Program-made: the position numbers and the translations under genes
Origin: Longimicrobiales bacterium
GTDB taxonomy: Bacteria; Gemmatimonadota; Gemmatimonadetes; Longimicrobiales; RSA9
Length of the DNA stretch: 28,655 nt
Direction of reading: 5' to 3'
NCBI GenBank assembly: GCA_050732715.1
Contig: JBOHRM010000540.1
Coordinates: 1-28,655 of the forward strand
Part shown: positions 13,832 to 23,153 of the stretch, piece after piece
How positions within the stretch are numbered: position 1 is the stretch's first letter
Layout: each line of letters begins with the position of its first letter
Notes under the pieces: model-generated
Databases searched by the model: none
What the model saw: only the letters and a program-made list of their open reading frames with translations
Told to the model about the DNA's origin: nothing

Positions 13832-15838
13832 TTGACAAGGATCCTCGGCTACTCGACGGTTGCGGCGGCGTTCGCGCTTGCCATCTATGGCGCGATCATC
13901 GCCGTGGCGAGCGTGCGGCGTCGTGACGCGAGCCTGCTGCACAGTGCGCGGTCGGTAGCATTCACGAACTTCGGGCTGCTGACCGTTGCGAATCTCGCGA
14001 TGGTCTATGCGCTCGTCGTCCGCGACTTTTCGATCGACTATGTGGCGCAGGTGGGCAGCCGCTCGACGCCGCTGTTCATCACGATCATCTCGCTCTGGAG
14101 CTCGCTCGAGGGCTCGATCCTGTTCTGGGGTTGGGTGCTGGCGCTGTACACGGCGCTGGCGGTGCACATATCGGCGCGGCGGCTCGGCGCGCTCGGCGCT
14201 TACGCCACGAGCGTCATGCTCGGCGTCGGCGCGTTCTTCTACCTGCTCGTGGTTGGCCCGGCGAATCCGTTCGGCGCCGTGTTCCCCGTGCCCGTGGACG
14301 GGCCTGGACCGAACCCGCTGCTCCAGAACCACTGGTTGATGGGGCTGCACCCGCCCCTGGTGTATTTCGGCTACGTCGGCATGACGGTCCCATTCGCGTT
14401 CGCGGTCGGCGCGCTGCTCTCGGGTCGGCTGGACGCGCGGTGGCTCCAGGTGACCCGGCGCTGGACCGTGAGCGCATGGATCTGCCTGACGCTCGCGGTC
14501 GTGGCGGGGATGTGGTGGTCTTACGAGGTGCTCGGCTGGGGCGGCTACTGGGCGTGGGACCCCGTCGAAAACGCGTCGTTCATGCCGTGGCTCACGGCGA
14601 CGGCGTTCCTGCACTCGGCGATGGTGCAGGAGCGCCGGCCGATGCTGCGCGTGTGGAACGTGAGCCTCATCATCTCGTCGTTCCTGCTCGCCGTCCTCGG
14701 CACGTTTCTCACACGGAGTGGCATCGTCTCCTCCGTGCACGCGTTCACCCAGGGCACGATCGGATACTATTTCGTCGCGTTCATCGGCGTGGTGCTGCTC
14801 TGCTCGCTCGCGCTCGTGGCCGGGCGGAGCGCCGAGCTGCGAACCGAGGGGAGTCTCGACCACGCGCTGTCGCGCGGTAGCGTCTTCCTGGTGAACAACC
14901 TGCTGTTCACCGCGTTCACGTTCACCGTGCTGCTCGGCACGTTGTTCCCGGTGATGGCGGAGGCGGTGCGTGGCGTGCAGGTCAGCGTGGGAGCGCCGTT
15001 CTTCAACAGCATGACCGTGCCGTTGTGCGTGGCGCTGCTCTTCCTGATCGGCGTGGGCCCGATGCTGCCGTGGCGTGGTGTGACGCGCGAGCATCTGCGC
15101 GAGAAGCTGCTGGTTCCCGGCGTCGCGATGGGCGTCACGTTCGCCGTCGCGCTGGCCGCCGGATTGCGCGAACCGTATTCGCTGCTCGCGTTCGGCTTCG
15201 CCGCCTTCTCTCTGTTCGGGAACGTGCAGGAGTTCGTCGACGGCGCACGCGCGCGGCGCCGGGCGCACGGCGAGGCGTGGGTGCGAGCGCTGTACCGGCT
15301 GGTCGCCTCCAACAATCGCCGGTATGGCGGTTACGTCGCGCACATCGGGCTGATCCTGTTGGCGGTCGGCGTGACGGCGTCCTCCACGTTCCGGCTCGAA
15401 ACGGACGCGACGATCGCGCCGGGCGAGTCGGTCGAGCTGGCCGGGTTCGCCGTGCGCTTCGACCGCAGTTGGGCGCGCGAGGAGCCGCATCGTTACGTGG
15501 TGGGCGCTGACGTGACCGCGTTCCGCGACGGCCGAGAGCTGGGTCCCCTCGAGCCGCGGCTGAACTTCTATCGAGACCGCGAGGAGGCGATCACCACGCC
15601 GGCGGTCCGCAGTCGCCCAACCGGCGATCTATACATCACGCTGCTCGCGGTCGATCCTGATGGCGCGCACGCGACGGTCGGTGTCATCGTCGAGCCGTTC
15701 GTCGTATGGATCTGGATCGGCGGGCTCATCATCGCGGCTGGCGCGCTCATCGGCGTGCTGCCGGTCCCGGCACGGCTTGCGCGTCCGGCGACGCCAGTGC
15801 GGAGCCGCGAGCGGATCCAGGTCGCGGCCACGCCATGA
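13832..15838 (+). CDS. ccmF: Cytochrome c heme lyase CcmF
   Basis: EGSILFW, GPNPLLQN..MGLHPP, WSYEVLGWGGYWAWDPVENASFMPWL, GTFLTRSG..SSVHAF, GGYVAHIG. TTG start is bounded by an in-frame TAG at 13793. Confidence 0.96.
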   Translation: MTRILGYSTVAAAFALAIYGAIIAVASVRRRDASLLHSARSVAFTNFGLLTVANLAMVYALVVRDFSIDYVAQVGSRSTPLFITIISLWSSLEGSILFWGWVLALYTALAVHISARRLGALGAYATSVMLGVGAFFYLLVVGPANPFGAVFPVPVDGPGPNPLLQNHWLMGLHPPLVYFGYVGMTVPFAFAVGALLSGRLDARWLQVTRRWTVSAWICLTLAVVAGMWWSYEVLGWGGYWAWDPVENASFMPWLTATAFLHSAMVQERRPMLRVWNVSLIISSFLLAVLGTFLTRSGIVSSVHAFTQGTIGYYFVAFIGVVLLCSLALVAGRSAELRTEGSLDHALSRGSVFLVNNLLFTAFTFTVLLGTLFPVMAEAVRGVQVSVGAPFFNSMTVPLCVALLFLIGVGPMLPWRGVTREHLREKLLVPGVAMGVTFAVALAAGLREPYSLLAFGFAAFSLFGNVQEFVDGARARRRAHGEAWVRALYRLVASNNRRYGGYVAHIGLILLAVGVTASSTFRLETDATIAPGESVELAGFAVRFDRSWAREEPHRYVVGADVTAFRDGRELGPLEPRLNFYRDREEAITTPAVRSRPTGDLYITLLAVDPDGAHATVGVIVEPFVVWIWIGGLIIAAGALIGVLPVPARLARPATPVRSRERIQVAATP

Positions 15839-16422
15839 GCTGGAGACGCGCGGCGATCGGTTTCGCGATCGGGCTGCCGATCCTGGCGCTCCTGGCGTTC
15901 GGGCTCACGCGGGATCCGCGTCGGCTTCCGTCTACGCTGCCGGGCCGACCCGCGCCGGCTTTCGCACTTCGTACACTCGATGGTGGTGACAGCGTTCGCC
16001 TCGCGGACGTCGGCGCGCGCGCCGTCGTGCTCAACTTCTGGGCGTCGTGGTGCGTGCCGTGTCGCGCCGAGCACACGCCGCTCGCGGCGGCGGCGCGCGC
16101 GTACGCGTCCCGCGATGTGCGCTTCTTCGGCGTGATCTACAACGACCCGCCCGCGAATGCGCGCGCGTTCCTCGACCAGCTGGGTGAGGCGTATCCGTCG
16201 CTGGTCGATGACGGCACGAGGACCGCGATCGATTACGGCGTCTACGGCATTCCCGAAACGTTCGTGATCGACGCGCAGGGCATCGTCCGCTTCAAGAAGA
16301 CGGGCCCCATCCTCTCGGTCGCCGAGCTGCAGGACGTTCTCGACCCCATTCTCGCCGAGCGCGCCGGCGTCGAACCCGCCGGCTCCGATCGCGAACCGGT
16401 CGTCGATCCGATCGAACGATGA
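15835..16422 (+). CDS. ccmG: Thiol:disulfide oxidoreductase CcmG/DsbE (TlpA family)
   Basis: N-terminal TM, VVLNFWASWCVPC, YGVYGIPETFVID. ATGA overlap with ccmF. Confidence 0.93.
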   Translation: MSWRRAAIGFAIGLPILALLAFGLTRDPRRLPSTLPGRPAPAFALRTLDGGDSVRLADVGARAVVLNFWASWCVPCRAEHTPLAAAARAYASRDVRFFGVIYNDPPANARAFLDQLGEAYPSLVDDGTRTAIDYGVYGIPETFVIDAQGIVRFKKTGPILSVAELQDVLDPILAERAGVEPAGSDREPVVDPIER

Positions 16423-16928
16423 TCGGAGCGCTCTCCCTGGCTGTTGCGCTAGCGGTCGGCGCGGCCGCGATCGGCACGCGCCAGGCCGTCAACGCGTCAC
16501 AAGTCGTCGACTCCGCGGCGGCCGCGGTCGATCGAGCCGAGCTCGACGCGATGACGCGCCGGGTCGCGTCACAGCTGCGCTGTCCGGTGTGTCAGGGGCT
16601 CTCGATCCAGGACTCGCCGACCGAGCTAGCGCAGAACATGCGGTCCGTGGTGCGTGAGCAGCTCGCCGAAGGCCGCACACCCGAAGACGTAAAGGCGTAC
16701 TTCGTGAGCCGCTACGGCGAGTGGATCCTGCTCGAGCCTGAGCCCCGCGGCTTCAACTTGACGATCTATGTGCTCCCCGTTCTCGCCGTCCTGGCCGGCG
16801 CCGCGGTGGTGACCGCCGCGATCCATCGCTGGTCGAGCCGGCCGCTGGCCGCGGGTCGATCCGAGCCGTCCGCGCTCGATGAGCCCGAGCTCGAGCCATG
16901 GGACGAACCGATCGAGAACGCGAAATGA
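16419..16928 (+). CDS. ccmH: Cytochrome c biogenesis protein CcmH/CycL
   Basis: LRCPVCQGLSIQDS, YFVSRYGEWILLEP, C-terminal TM. No TPR (CcmI) domain. Confidence 0.93.
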   Translation: MIGALSLAVALAVGAAAIGTRQAVNASQVVDSAAAAVDRAELDAMTRRVASQLRCPVCQGLSIQDSPTELAQNMRSVVREQLAEGRTPEDVKAYFVSRYGEWILLEPEPRGFNLTIYVLPVLAVLAGAAVVTAAIHRWSSRPLAAGRSEPSALDEPELEPWDEPIENAK

Positions 16929-17015
16929 CGAATGCGAAGGTCGGGCCGAAAAGCATGAGGCCGCGCGATTCGCGTTCATCATGCATCGCTCACCACTCAT
17001 TCATCGTCGAGAGCC

Positions 17016-18602
17016 ATGGACCATCCGCTGCTGAAGCGTTCCGCTCACGCCACACGCGAAGCCACGGCCGAAGCACCGCCGGAGGATCGAGCCGCGACCG
17101 CACCGGGCGGCCGCCTCGGTCGCGCGAAGGTCATCGGACTCGTGGCCGGCGCCACGGTGTTCACGGTCATGCTGTTGGCGCCGACGCCGTCGGACCTGTC
17201 GGTGGCAGGCTGGCGGACCGCCGCTGCGGCGATGCTGATGGCCGTGTGGTGGATGACGGAGGCGATCCCGATCTCGGCGACCGCGCTGTTGCCGCTGATC
17301 CTGTTTCCCGTGCTCGGCATCGCGCCCATCGACGACGCGGCCGCGCCGTACGCGGAGCCGATCATCTTCCTGTTCATGGGCGGGTTCATGATCGCGCTCG
17401 CGATGGAGCGCTGGGAGCTGCACCGGCGGATCGCGCTGAACATCATCCGCGCGATCGGCACGCGGCCGCACTCGATCGTGCTCGGATTCATCGTCGCCTC
17501 GGCGTTCCTGAGCCTCTGGATCAGCAACACCGCCACCACGTTGATGATGCTTCCCATCGGTCTTTCAGTGGTCGACGTCGCACGCCGGTCCGGCTCGGGG
17601 GCGGCGGATGATGCGGGCGCCGGCGGGTTTGGAAACTTCGCGGTCTGCTTGATGCTCGGCATCGCCTATGCCGCGAACATCGGCGGGATCGGCACGCTCA
17701 TCGGCACACCGACCAACGCGCTTCTCGCCGGGTTCATGCGTGACACCTACGGCGTCGAGATCAGCTTCCTCCAGTGGATGCTGGTCGGGCTGCCCGTGGT
17801 CGTGCTGGGGCTTCCGGTCATGTATCTGGCACTGACACGCCTGGTTTACCCCGTCCGCATGAGGGCGCTGCCCGGCGGGCGCGAGTACATCGATGGCGAG
17901 CTCGCCCGACTCGGCGGCATCACGAAGCCGGAGCTGATGGTGGCCGGCGTGTTCGCGCTCGTCGCCGCGCTGTGGATCGCACGGCCGCTTCTCTCGGGCT
18001 GGATACCCGGCGCCTCGGATGCCGGCATCGCAATGTTCGGCGCGCTGCTGCTCTTCATCTTGCCGGTCCACGCGAGCCAAGGCGTCTTCCTGATGAACTG
18101 GAAGCACGCGGAGCGGCTGCCTTGGGGCGTCTTGATCCTGTTCGGCGGCGGGTTGACGCTCGCGGGCACGATTCAAGAGACGGGGCTCGCCGAGTGGCTC
18201 GGCGGCTTCCTCACCGTGGCCGGCGGGTTGCCCGTGATCCTGATCATCGCGATCGCGGCGACGCTCATCCTCTTCCTCACCGAGCTGACCAGCAACTCGG
18301 CAACGGCGGCCGCGTTCATGCCGATCATGGTCGCGCTCGCGGTCGCGGTCGGACAGAACCCGCTGCTGCTCGCGACGGCCGTGACCATCGCCGCGAGCTG
18401 CGCGTTCATGCTCCCCGTCGCCACGCCGCCCAACGCGATCGTCTACGGGAGTGGCCTGTTGACGATCCCGCAGATGGCGCGAGCCGGCCTCGTGCTGAAC
18501 GTGTTGTTCGTGTTTCTCGTCACTGCGCTGACCTACACGGTGGCCGCCTACATTTTCGGCATCGAGCTGGGCGTCCTTCCGGAATGGGCCACGCCGTCGT
18601 GA
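17016..18602 (+). CDS. DASS/SLC13 sodium:dicarboxylate/sulfate symporter
   Basis: WWMTEAIP, LHRRIAL, WISNTAT, GTLIGTPTN, TELTSNSAT, AFMLPVATPPNAIV. Confidence 0.93.
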   Translation: MDHPLLKRSAHATREATAEAPPEDRAATAPGGRLGRAKVIGLVAGATVFTVMLLAPTPSDLSVAGWRTAAAAMLMAVWWMTEAIPISATALLPLILFPVLGIAPIDDAAAPYAEPIIFLFMGGFMIALAMERWELHRRIALNIIRAIGTRPHSIVLGFIVASAFLSLWISNTATTLMMLPIGLSVVDVARRSGSGAADDAGAGGFGNFAVCLMLGIAYAANIGGIGTLIGTPTNALLAGFMRDTYGVEISFLQWMLVGLPVVVLGLPVMYLALTRLVYPVRMRALPGGREYIDGELARLGGITKPELMVAGVFALVAALWIARPLLSGWIPGASDAGIAMFGALLLFILPVHASQGVFLMNWKHAERLPWGVLILFGGGLTLAGTIQETGLAEWLGGFLTVAGGLPVILIIAIAATLILFLTELTSNSATAAAFMPIMVALAVAVGQNPLLLATAVTIAASCAFMLPVATPPNAIVYGSGLLTIPQMARAGLVLNVLFVFLVTALTYTVAAYIFGIELGVLPEWATPS

Positions 18603-18611
18603 TGCGTGGCC

Positions 18612-19787
18612 TCAGCCGAGCGGAGGCACGTCGACCCAGCAGCGCTTCGACCACGATTCGTGCGCTTTCTGGGCGAGCTGTACGCCTTTGGCGCCCTCGA
18701 GCAGCGTCCAGGGGAACGGTTCGTCGAGCACGACGTGCCGGAGGAACAGCTCCCACTGGACCTTGAACGCGTTGTCGTATTCCCGCTGGTTCGGCACGCG
18801 CTGCCAGTCTGTGAAGAAGCTGTGCGGATTGTCGACGTCCGGATTCCAGACCGGCCGCGGCGTCGCGGCGATCGGCTGAATCCAGCACTCGCGTAGCCCC
18901 GCGACCGCCGAGCCTCGCGTCCCGTCGACCTGAAGCGTGAACAGGTCATCCCGCCGCACGCGCGTGGTCCACGACGAGTTCATCTGCGCGATCACGCCGC
19001 CCTCGATCTCGAACATCGCGTACGCGGTATCGTCAGCCGTGCACCGGTACTGCCGGCCGTGCTCGTCCCACCGCGTTCGAACGTGTGTCGCGCCGACGCA
19101 CGAGACGGCGCCCACCGGGCCGAAGAGGTTGTCGAGCACGTAGCGCCAGTGGGGAAACATGTCGAGGATCAGTCCCCCGCCGTCCTCCTGCCGGTAGTTC
19201 CACGACGGGCGTTGTGCCGGCACCTGCTCGCCGTCGAACACCCAGTAGCCGAACTCGCCCCGGACGGAGAAGATGTCGCCGAAGAACCCGCCGTCGATCA
19301 GCGCCTTCAGCTTCTGGATTCCGGCCAACCAGAGCTTGTCCTGAACCACGCCGTGCTTGACACCTTTCGCCTCGGCGCTGCGATGCAGCTCGAGCGCCGA
19401 TTCGGTGTCGAGCGCCGTGGGCTTCTCGCAGTAAACGTTCTTGCCGGCCTCGATCGCGCGGCTCACGGCGTCGAAGCGCCGGTCGGTGGTCTGCGCATCG
19501 AAATAGATCGAGACGCTCGGGTCCGAGATGGCGGCGTCGACGTCGACGGTCCACCGATCGACGCCCGTCTGCGCCGCGAGTCGTTCCAGCTTGGCAGTGT
19601 TACGGCCGATCAGGATCGGTTCGGGCAGAATCGTCTCATCATCGCCGAGCTTCACGCCGCCCTGTGCGCGGATCGCCAAGATCGAGCGGACCAGATGTTG
19701 GCTCGTGCCCATGCGGCCGGTCACGCCGTTCATCGCGATCCCCACGCGGTGCACCTTGGCCGCTGTTTCGTCGACTACGATAAGCAC
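18612..19787 (-). CDS. Gfo/Idh/MocA family oxidoreductase
   Basis: Rossmann-like [38 protein letters not shown]. Start uncertain (GTG 19787). Confidence 0.9.
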   Translation of the reverse strand: MLIVVDETAAKVHRVGIAMNGVTGRMGTSQHLVRSILAIRAQGGVKLGDDETILPEPILIGRNTAKLERLAAQTGVDRWTVDVDAAISDPSVSIYFDAQTTDRRFDAVSRAIEAGKNVYCEKPTALDTESALELHRSAEAKGVKHGVVQDKLWLAGIQKLKALIDGGFFGDIFSVRGEFGYWVFDGEQVPAQRPSWNYRQEDGGGLILDMFPHWRYVLDNLFGPVGAVSCVGATHVRTRWDEHGRQYRCTADDTAYAMFEIEGGVIAQMNSSWTTRVRRDDLFTLQVDGTRGSAVAGLRECWIQPIAATPRPVWNPDVDNPHSFFTDWQRVPNQREYDNAFKVQWELFLRHVVLDEPFPWTLLEGAKGVQLAQKAHESWSKRCWVDVPPLG

Positions 19788-19798
19788 GGAACCTGATC

Positions 19799-20233
19799 CT
19801 AAGTCGTTTGCTGGCGAGCACCGGGCGGCAGCGGCGGCGCATCGATGCCGGCCCGCGGGAGCGTGCCCTCGAGCTCTTGCCGCCAATGCGCGACATCGCC
19901 GGCCGGGCCGTAACAGTAGATCATGCGCAACGGCGCGGGCCCGATGTTGGTCAGCTGATGAAACACGCTGGACGGGATGTGCACGGCCTCGCCGGCGCGG
20001 ACGGTCTCGCGTTCGTCACCCAGACACATCTCGGCCGTGCCGTCGAGCACGAAGTAGACCTCCTCTTGCTCGTGATTGTGCCACGGCACTTGCCCGCCGT
20101 TCGGCTCGAGCGTGACGTAGCCGAGCGCGAACGTTTCGGCGCGGATCGGTGAGGCGCCGCCCACCAGGTTCTGCGTCCGGCGCCGGGCGGGATATGTCCG
20201 GCCCGCGATCTCTGAGAGCCGCGCGATGATCAC
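19799..20233 (-). CDS. Cupin_2 domain protein
   Basis: [16 protein letters not shown]...[16 protein letters not shown] cupin metal motifs. GTG start overlaps the upstream TGA. Confidence 0.9.
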   Translation of the reverse strand: MIIARLSEIAGRTYPARRRTQNLVGGASPIRAETFALGYVTLEPNGGQVPWHNHEQEEVYFVLDGTAEMCLGDERETVRAGEAVHIPSSVFHQLTNIGPAPLRMIYCYGPAGDVAHWRQELEGTLPRAGIDAPPLPPGARQQTT

Positions 20234-21201
20234 AGCCGCTCGAGCCGGTCGGCGATGTCGCGCAGGATCGGGAGATCGCTGTCGGGCCGCCGCGGGCTCT
20301 CCGGATGCGTCCGGCTGCACGTGATCCAGCCACGCAACGTGAGGAACTGCGCGGCGCTGTGCTTGTACGCGGGCACCGGCGCGCGAAACGCGAAGAAGCC
20401 GAGATACTGAAGCCAATCGTTCAGCGCGTAGAACGCCGGGTCGCCGGCCTCCCACAACGCATCACGCCGCGCGAACGCATCAGGTGCGAACGTGCTCAGC
20501 CCGAGCAGGTAATCGCTGCCGTACATCACCATGTCGATCGCCAGGTCGTTCCCCGTGAAGACCTTGAACTCCGGCCGCCGTTCGTCGCGGAGCCGAAGGC
20601 GTTGCCACTCGAGGCGGCGGTCGAGAGACGAGTGCTTGGCGCCGATACACTGGGGTACGTCGAGCAACCCGGCGTAGGTATCGATGTCGTAGATGCGGCC
20701 GAAAGGCGCGAACATCTCGCCCAGCTCGAACGCGATGAACGCCGGGCAGTCGCGGCCGAGCTCGGCGTACGCATCGACCACGTCGTGCGGCGCGCGCCGA
20801 GTCAGCCCGTAGGACTGGAAGATCACGGGCACGCCGCCGTAACGCAGCGCTTCGTCGATCTGTTGCCGGTACGCCGTCGCATTCCACGCATCGGCCCGCG
20901 TGTCCTTCACGAACGCGCCGGCGACGAACGAGCCGCCGCCGAGAGTCTCCCGCGTACGTTCCAGCACGGATCGGCGCGTCTCCTCGTCGAGCAGATTGAC
21001 GTAGCCGGTGTCCATGTTGACCGCGGGCGTGAGGCCGGCGGCCGCCGTGCGCGCGACATGTGCGCAGAACCCGTCCCAGTCGATCTCGCCACCATCGTCG
21101 AACGGTAGCAGGATCGCCGACATGCCGGTGATACGCCGGCGAGGCCGGAGCAGATCGGTGACGGCCAGGGTCTCGACCGCTGATGCTGCGACGCTGTGCA
21201 T
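20230..21201 (-). CDS. Dihydrodipicolinate synthase/N-acetylneuraminate lyase-family (class I aldolase-like) protein
   Basis: SAILLPF...[14 protein letters not shown], Schiff-base-like Lys in IGAKHSS, TGND. Start uncertain. Confidence 0.8.
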   Translation of the reverse strand: MHSVAASAVETLAVTDLLRPRRRITGMSAILLPFDDGGEIDWDGFCAHVARTAAAGLTPAVNMDTGYVNLLDEETRRSVLERTRETLGGGSFVAGAFVKDTRADAWNATAYRQQIDEALRYGGVPVIFQSYGLTRRAPHDVVDAYAELGRDCPAFIAFELGEMFAPFGRIYDIDTYAGLLDVPQCIGAKHSSLDRRLEWQRLRLRDERRPEFKVFTGNDLAIDMVMYGSDYLLGLSTFAPDAFARRDALWEAGDPAFYALNDWLQYLGFFAFRAPVPAYKHSAAQFLTLRGWITCSRTHPESPRRPDSDLPILRDIADRLERL

Positions 21202-21241
21202 TGAAACGACGATCAGAGCGAACGGATCACGAACTCACGAC

Positions 21242-21270
21242 AGTATGTGGCTCAGGCGGCATGGCGGCAA
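21242..21270 (-). promoter_or_regulatory. Putative sigma70 promoter for the DHDPS-like/cupin/oxidoreductase genes
   Basis: Minus strand TTGCCG-17 nt-CATACT, about 40 nt upstream of the ATG at 21201. Confidence 0.45.
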
Positions 21271-21384
21271 GCGAACAAAAACACGTGGGTCCCGGCGCCG
21301 CGATCGAGGCGCCGCTCACACGAACGCCGCCCCGACCGTGGTCTCCAAGACCCTCACCCACCCCTCGAACGCGGTGGCGGCGGG

Positions 21385-21450
21385 GCAACCCGTAACCCGC
21401 CAACCCGCAACCGGCAAACCGGGAACCGGCAACCGGCAAACCGACAACCG
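21385..21450 (-). repeat. Heptamer/octamer tandem repeat (GGTTGCC/GGGTTGC in sense) after the susD stop
   Basis: Plus strand GCAACCC GTAACCC GCCAACCC GCAACCG GCAAACCG GGAACCG GCAACCG GCAAACCG ACAACCG. Confidence 0.8.
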
Positions 21451-21451
21451 A

Positions 21452-23125
21452 TCAATAGCCCGGGTTCTGCGCGAACTGCGTCGTAGTCCGGTCGATCTGC
21501 GTCGACGGAATCGGACGCAGCAGATGGTGCTCCTGAACATTCGCGGCCGCTAGCGGATTGCACGGCCCGAGATGCGCGTCACCATTATAGGGATCTTCGA
21601 ACGGCAGCGGCTGGCTCACGCGCTCGACCAGCTTGTCGAACCGCTTCAATGTCAGCCAGCGTGGTTCCGAACCCTCGCCCGCCAACTCACGTGCACGCTC
21701 GTCGAGAATGAAGTCGAGCGTCATCTGATCGGCGCCCACCAGCATCGCCGATTCCATCCCTGGCTTCGCCGCGCGCTGCCTCACGTCATTGACATGCGGC
21801 AACGCGTCTGCGGGTCGGCCCGCGTTGATCAGCGCCTCGGCCAGAAGCAGTTTCGTGTCGGCGAGCCGCGCGATGATGAAGTCGCGTCCGCTCTGCTCCT
21901 GCACGATCGTCGGCCGCGTCGGGTCGAGATGCTTCCACAGCGTCGGGAAGTGGACAGGGCTGTAGTTCCGTGGCGGGATCAGCGCATAGATCGCCGCGTC
22001 GATCTCCGCGTCCGGGACGTCGACGCCCGGCATATAGATCGCCGTGTCGCCGAGCGCCATCCCATCGGCCAGACTCGCCTCATGGTTTGCGAACCAGACG
22101 GTCTTGAAGCTGTCTTCGTAGCGAACATCGACGTCGCGGTCCCAGAGCGCGAGCAGACACGGCGACGGGCGAATCCGCCGGAACGGCCGGTCGTTCTCGA
22201 TGTCCCGCGTCATGCCCGGGAAGTTGGTGTCGTAGACCATCCCCCAGAAGAGGTGGAGACGGTTGGCGAAGCTTGGATCACCCCACGTCGTTTGGTCCGG
22301 CGAGAACTGTACGGAGAAGACGATCTCGCGGCTGCGCTCATTGTCCAGCGCGAACGTTCTCGCGTAATCGTCCTCGAGCTCGTAGGCGCCCGAGTTGACG
22401 ACGTCCGCGAGCACGGTAGCGGCGCTCTCGTAGTCGCTCGCCTCGCCGCGCGTGAGATAGGCGAGGCCGAGGAAATGATTGGCCGCACCACGGGTCGCGC
22501 GGCCGAACTCGCCGTCCCTCGGCTCGGGACCGAGCGTCTCCGCCGCATACAGCAGGTCCGGGATGATCGCTTCGGCAAAGATCTGTGAGACCGGAGTCCG
22601 TGTGGCCTCCGTGTCGACTTCGGTCGTGGGCTCGAGCGTCAAGTGAACGTCGCCCCAGTGCCGCACGAGATCGAGATACATCACTGCGCGAAGGAACCGC
22701 GCCTCGGCCGTCAACTGCGCCTTGGTCTCTTCGTCGAATGTCTCCACGGCGGCGATGCGCTCGATCGCGGTGTTCGCCGTGTTGATGCCCTCGTAGAGCG
22801 CGTCCCAGATCGTGCGCACGAACGACGAGCCGGCGTTCATGCCCACGTCGTAGCGGTTGAAGTACTTGTGCGAGCCGTCGTTGCCCTCGAGCCAGATGTC
22901 GGTGCCGAGCTGCGTCATCGAGAACCATTCCTCGTCCGCCGGCAGCCACGTCCGCAGGTAGAAGTAGCCCGCCTTCAGCGCATCGCGTGCGCCCGACTCG
23001 GTACTGAAGTACTCCTGCGTGACACCGGTGACGATCTCCTCGTCGAGGTTCAGGCAGCCACTGGAAAGGCTGGTGAGCGCGACCGCCGAGGAGCCGACTG
23101 CGATGCTGCGTAGCTTGCTTTTCAT
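21452..23125 (-). CDS. susD: RagB/SusD family nutrient-binding outer-membrane lipoprotein
   Basis: Lipobox LSSGC, AEARFLRA..Y.DLVRHWGDV, GRATRGAA, RLADTKLLLAEA, ILDERARELAGEG..RW, LRPIP...QNPGY. Confidence 0.93.
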   Translation of the reverse strand: MKSKLRSIAVGSSAVALTSLSSGCLNLDEEIVTGVTQEYFSTESGARDALKAGYFYLRTWLPADEEWFSMTQLGTDIWLEGNDGSHKYFNRYDVGMNAGSSFVRTIWDALYEGINTANTAIERIAAVETFDEETKAQLTAEARFLRAVMYLDLVRHWGDVHLTLEPTTEVDTEATRTPVSQIFAEAIIPDLLYAAETLGPEPRDGEFGRATRGAANHFLGLAYLTRGEASDYESAATVLADVVNSGAYELEDDYARTFALDNERSREIVFSVQFSPDQTTWGDPSFANRLHLFWGMVYDTNFPGMTRDIENDRPFRRIRPSPCLLALWDRDVDVRYEDSFKTVWFANHEASLADGMALGDTAIYMPGVDVPDAEIDAAIYALIPPRNYSPVHFPTLWKHLDPTRPTIVQEQSGRDFIIARLADTKLLLAEALINAGRPADALPHVNDVRQRAAKPGMESAMLVGADQMTLDFILDERARELAGEGSEPRWLTLKRFDKLVERVSQPLPFEDPYNGDAHLGPCNPLAAANVQEHHLLRPIPSTQIDRTTTQFAQNPGY

Positions 23126-23153
23126 TTCTTGCTCTCGTGGTTGCGGTTTCGCC

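Noticed and set aside
16925..17010. Degenerate AATGACG / TTCATC heptamer-like tract between ccmH and the DASS gene
   Set aside because: Probably another decayed repeat pair, but too degenerate to delimit.
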